Source: a bacterium (GTDB taxonomy: Bacteria; Hinthialibacterota; Hinthialibacteria; Hinthialibacterales; Hinthialibacteraceae). From it: a DNA stretch of 64,000 nucleotides. The position numbers were made by a program, and so were the translations under genes. The stretch is from contig CAXXMV010000006.1 of NCBI GenBank assembly GCA_963662285.2, positions 1,376,001 through 1,440,000 of the forward strand. Reading direction: 5' to 3'. Below, piece by piece: positions 62,271 through 64,000 of this stretch. Numbering within the stretch: position 1 is the first letter of the stretch; every line of letters begins with the position of its first letter. The notes below the pieces were generated by a model. It ran no database searches and was not told the origin of the DNA. It worked only from the letters and a program-made list of their open reading frames with translations.

Positions 62271-62608
62271 TGCGATCACCTAAGATTTTCAGTATTCCTC
62301 TCCCAAGACTGCTGAACTTTACCCACAAATATCAATATGGGAGATTATGAGAAATCCCATTATCTGAATATAGGACAATATTGGGCGCCAAGGGCAGTGT
62401 ATTTTCTGCCCTTGATTGAGTTCACCCCTTATATTTCGATAATTTAATCAAGGTTTCACTGAACAAAGAGAATTATGATTAACTTTAAAGTTGTGGTAGT
62501 TGGAACCATATGTCAATAATTCTATAAAAAAAGATAAATAATTATAAAAATTATTCAGTTTCTCTATAGTTGCCGTCAAGGGCAGAAAGGACGCTGCCCT
62601 TGGCACCC
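62231..62608. repeat. REP-like family C (GGGCGCCAAGGGCA-n-GCCCTTGA): copies at 62231-62270 (+), 62382-62415 (+) and 62576-62608 (-)
   Basis: gggcgccaagggcagtgtattttctgcccttga versus the reverse complement of the third copy, gggtgccaagggcagcgtcctttctgcccttga. Confidence 0.75.
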
Positions 62609-62662
62609 GTATTGATCTATTCATAGCAATTAATTCTGTCAAAACTTGTGGGTAAAGATCAG
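62312..62662. mobile_element. 351-bp non-autonomous element (MITE), IS4-family-like ends
   Basis: TIRs CTGAACTTTACCCACAA (62312-62328) and TTGTGGGTAAAGATCAG (62646-62662), 16/17 match; 10-bp target duplication CCCAAGACTG at 62302-62311 and 62663-62672. Confidence 0.9.
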
Positions 62663-62752
62663 CCCAAGACTGGGAGAGGCCAGGTGAGGGTTGATAACAA
62701 CCACCCGAATATAAAAAATCCACCTAAAAAAGTGCGCGAATAGCGTAATTCT

Positions 62753-63991
62753 CTATTCATGGTTAATCTCAACAAATGACATTGATGCGTAACGGTTATA
62801 CTTCTTCAGCGCCTCAACCAGGCGGTCATGTGGTAGAGCATAAACCGTATTGCCGCGTATGCCGGTCATGGTTTTGCCAGCTACCATAGCGTTGATAATC
62901 GATTCTTCCGTCGCTTCGACTGTGGCTTGGAAAAGCTGGGTCATGTGTTCATTGGATAATGCATTTAACGATAACATCTCGGTTGGCTTAAGTTTCTTGG
63001 AATTGCCCGTCGAAAATGCCAGAAAGATATCACCCGATGTGTCTGAACCGACGCCGCCCACTTTGGCGATGCCTAGAGCAGGCCGCAGCGCAAGCCGTTT
63101 TAGTTGATAGGGCAGCAGCGGAGCATCCGTGGCGACGATAACAATGATCGAACCTGATCCGGGTTCGTATGACGAATGAATCTCTGGCATTAGATCGGTA
63201 ATCTCCTGACCGACCGGAACTCCGGCAATGGTCAAACCGGGGCGGCTTCCGTGGTTAGCTTGAACCAATACGCCTACGGTATAACTGATGTCTCCAAATG
63301 TTACAATCCGCGAGGCAGTCCCGATTCCGCCTTTGAATTGATGACACACCATGCCCGTGCCTCCGCCGACATTGCCTTCTTCGACCAGGCCGGATGCGGC
63401 TTGATCGAGAGCGGCGAAAACGTGTTCTTCTTTGACATGGAAACCATGGATATCATTCAGCAGACCGTCATAAGTCTCTGCGACGACGGGAAGGCTGGCG
63501 CTGTAATCAGCAAAGAAAGTACTAATTAAATTATTTTGATATTGCCATTTAATAAGCGAGTCTCGAACCAGACCGACGCTGCTGGAGTTAGTGATAAGAA
63601 TAGGCGCGTCTATGGCGCCGCGTTCTTCCATTATTTGCGTCCCGGTCATCTCACCGGAAGCATTCAGTGAATTCCAAGCGGCGAATACCGGATCATAGGT
63701 TTTACCGCGCGGCAGAATCGCCGTGACGCCTGTGCGAACCGGCCCCTGACCAACCACCAGGTCGCCTTCGCCCTCAATGATCGTCGCATGGCCGACCTCA
63801 AGATACGGAACGTCAGTAATCGCATTGTAAGGTCCTGGCGTTCCTTCAAATGGAACGCCTAAATCCCTGGCGCGAGGCTGCGATTGGGCGTGGCTTAGGT
63901 TAATTGAACATACCATGAACAATGCAGTAAGGGTGAAGTTTAGCAATGACCATTGTCTGTTATACAAGGTTTTTCTCCTTGAAAAATTCAT
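62753..63991 (-). CDS. dmpA: P1/S58 family aminopeptidase (DmpA-like), with signal peptide
   Basis: RARDLG..PG..NAITDV..VGH, TGVTAI, EGNVGGGTGM, G|SIIVIVATDAPL autoproteolysis site, SGDIFLAFST. Confidence 0.9.
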   Translation of the reverse strand: MNFSRRKTLYNRQWSLLNFTLTALFMVCSINLSHAQSQPRARDLGVPFEGTPGPYNAITDVPYLEVGHATIIEGEGDLVVGQGPVRTGVTAILPRGKTYDPVFAAWNSLNASGEMTGTQIMEERGAIDAPILITNSSSVGLVRDSLIKWQYQNNLISTFFADYSASLPVVAETYDGLLNDIHGFHVKEEHVFAALDQAASGLVEEGNVGGGTGMVCHQFKGGIGTASRIVTFGDISYTVGVLVQANHGSRPGLTIAGVPVGQEITDLMPEIHSSYEPGSGSIIVIVATDAPLLPYQLKRLALRPALGIAKVGGVGSDTSGDIFLAFSTGNSKKLKPTEMLSLNALSNEHMTQLFQATVEATEESIINAMVAGKTMTGIRGNTVYALPHDRLVEALKKYNRYASMSFVEINHE

Positions 63992-64000
63992 AGGAAATCC

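Noticed and set aside
62448-62723. 91-aa ORF in the MITE region as a transposase remnant
   Set aside because: It crosses repeat and TIR boundaries and has no DDE-like motif; spurious
862-63849. Numerous 60-170 aa ORFs overlapping long genes on the opposite strand or in another frame
   Set aside because: Shadow ORFs with no recognisable motifs or RBS

Overview
AT-rich (intergenic) chromosomal segment of a diderm bacterium with about 45 genes and no rRNA, tRNA, CRISPR or intact transposase. It carries housekeeping genes (trpE 5' end, tex, deaD, two hsp20, cheV), many exported carbohydrate or sulfate enzymes (3 Tat Gfo/Idh/MocA oxidoreductases, 3 sulfatases, a lactonase, DmpA), two sensor kinases, an ECF sigma/FecR pair and four dispersed prepilin/pseudopilin-like genes. 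The protein style suggests a Ca. Hinthialibacter/OLB16-like lineage (inference only). The main signal is that six unrelated Sec-exported proteins end in the same ~10-residue motif, x-[TSM]-x-[VIL]-x-x-[WF]-x-[LVIA]-Y, a candidate undescribed C-terminal sorting/anchoring signal. Two of these proteins (a tandem DUF4430/transcobalamin-like protein and a beta-propeller) form a cobalamin-riboswitch operon with a translationally coupled pseudopilin and no transporter, suggesting a pilin-linked B12 capture system. Other notable items: a glutamate dehydrogenase homologue lacking the catalytic Lys next to a PEP-synthase-like ATP-grasp protein; a 351-bp MITE (17-bp TIRs, 10-bp TSD) inserted in a REP-like palindrome; a 106-bp duplicated sulfatase 3' end that differs only at synonymous sites; and three REP-like repeat families.
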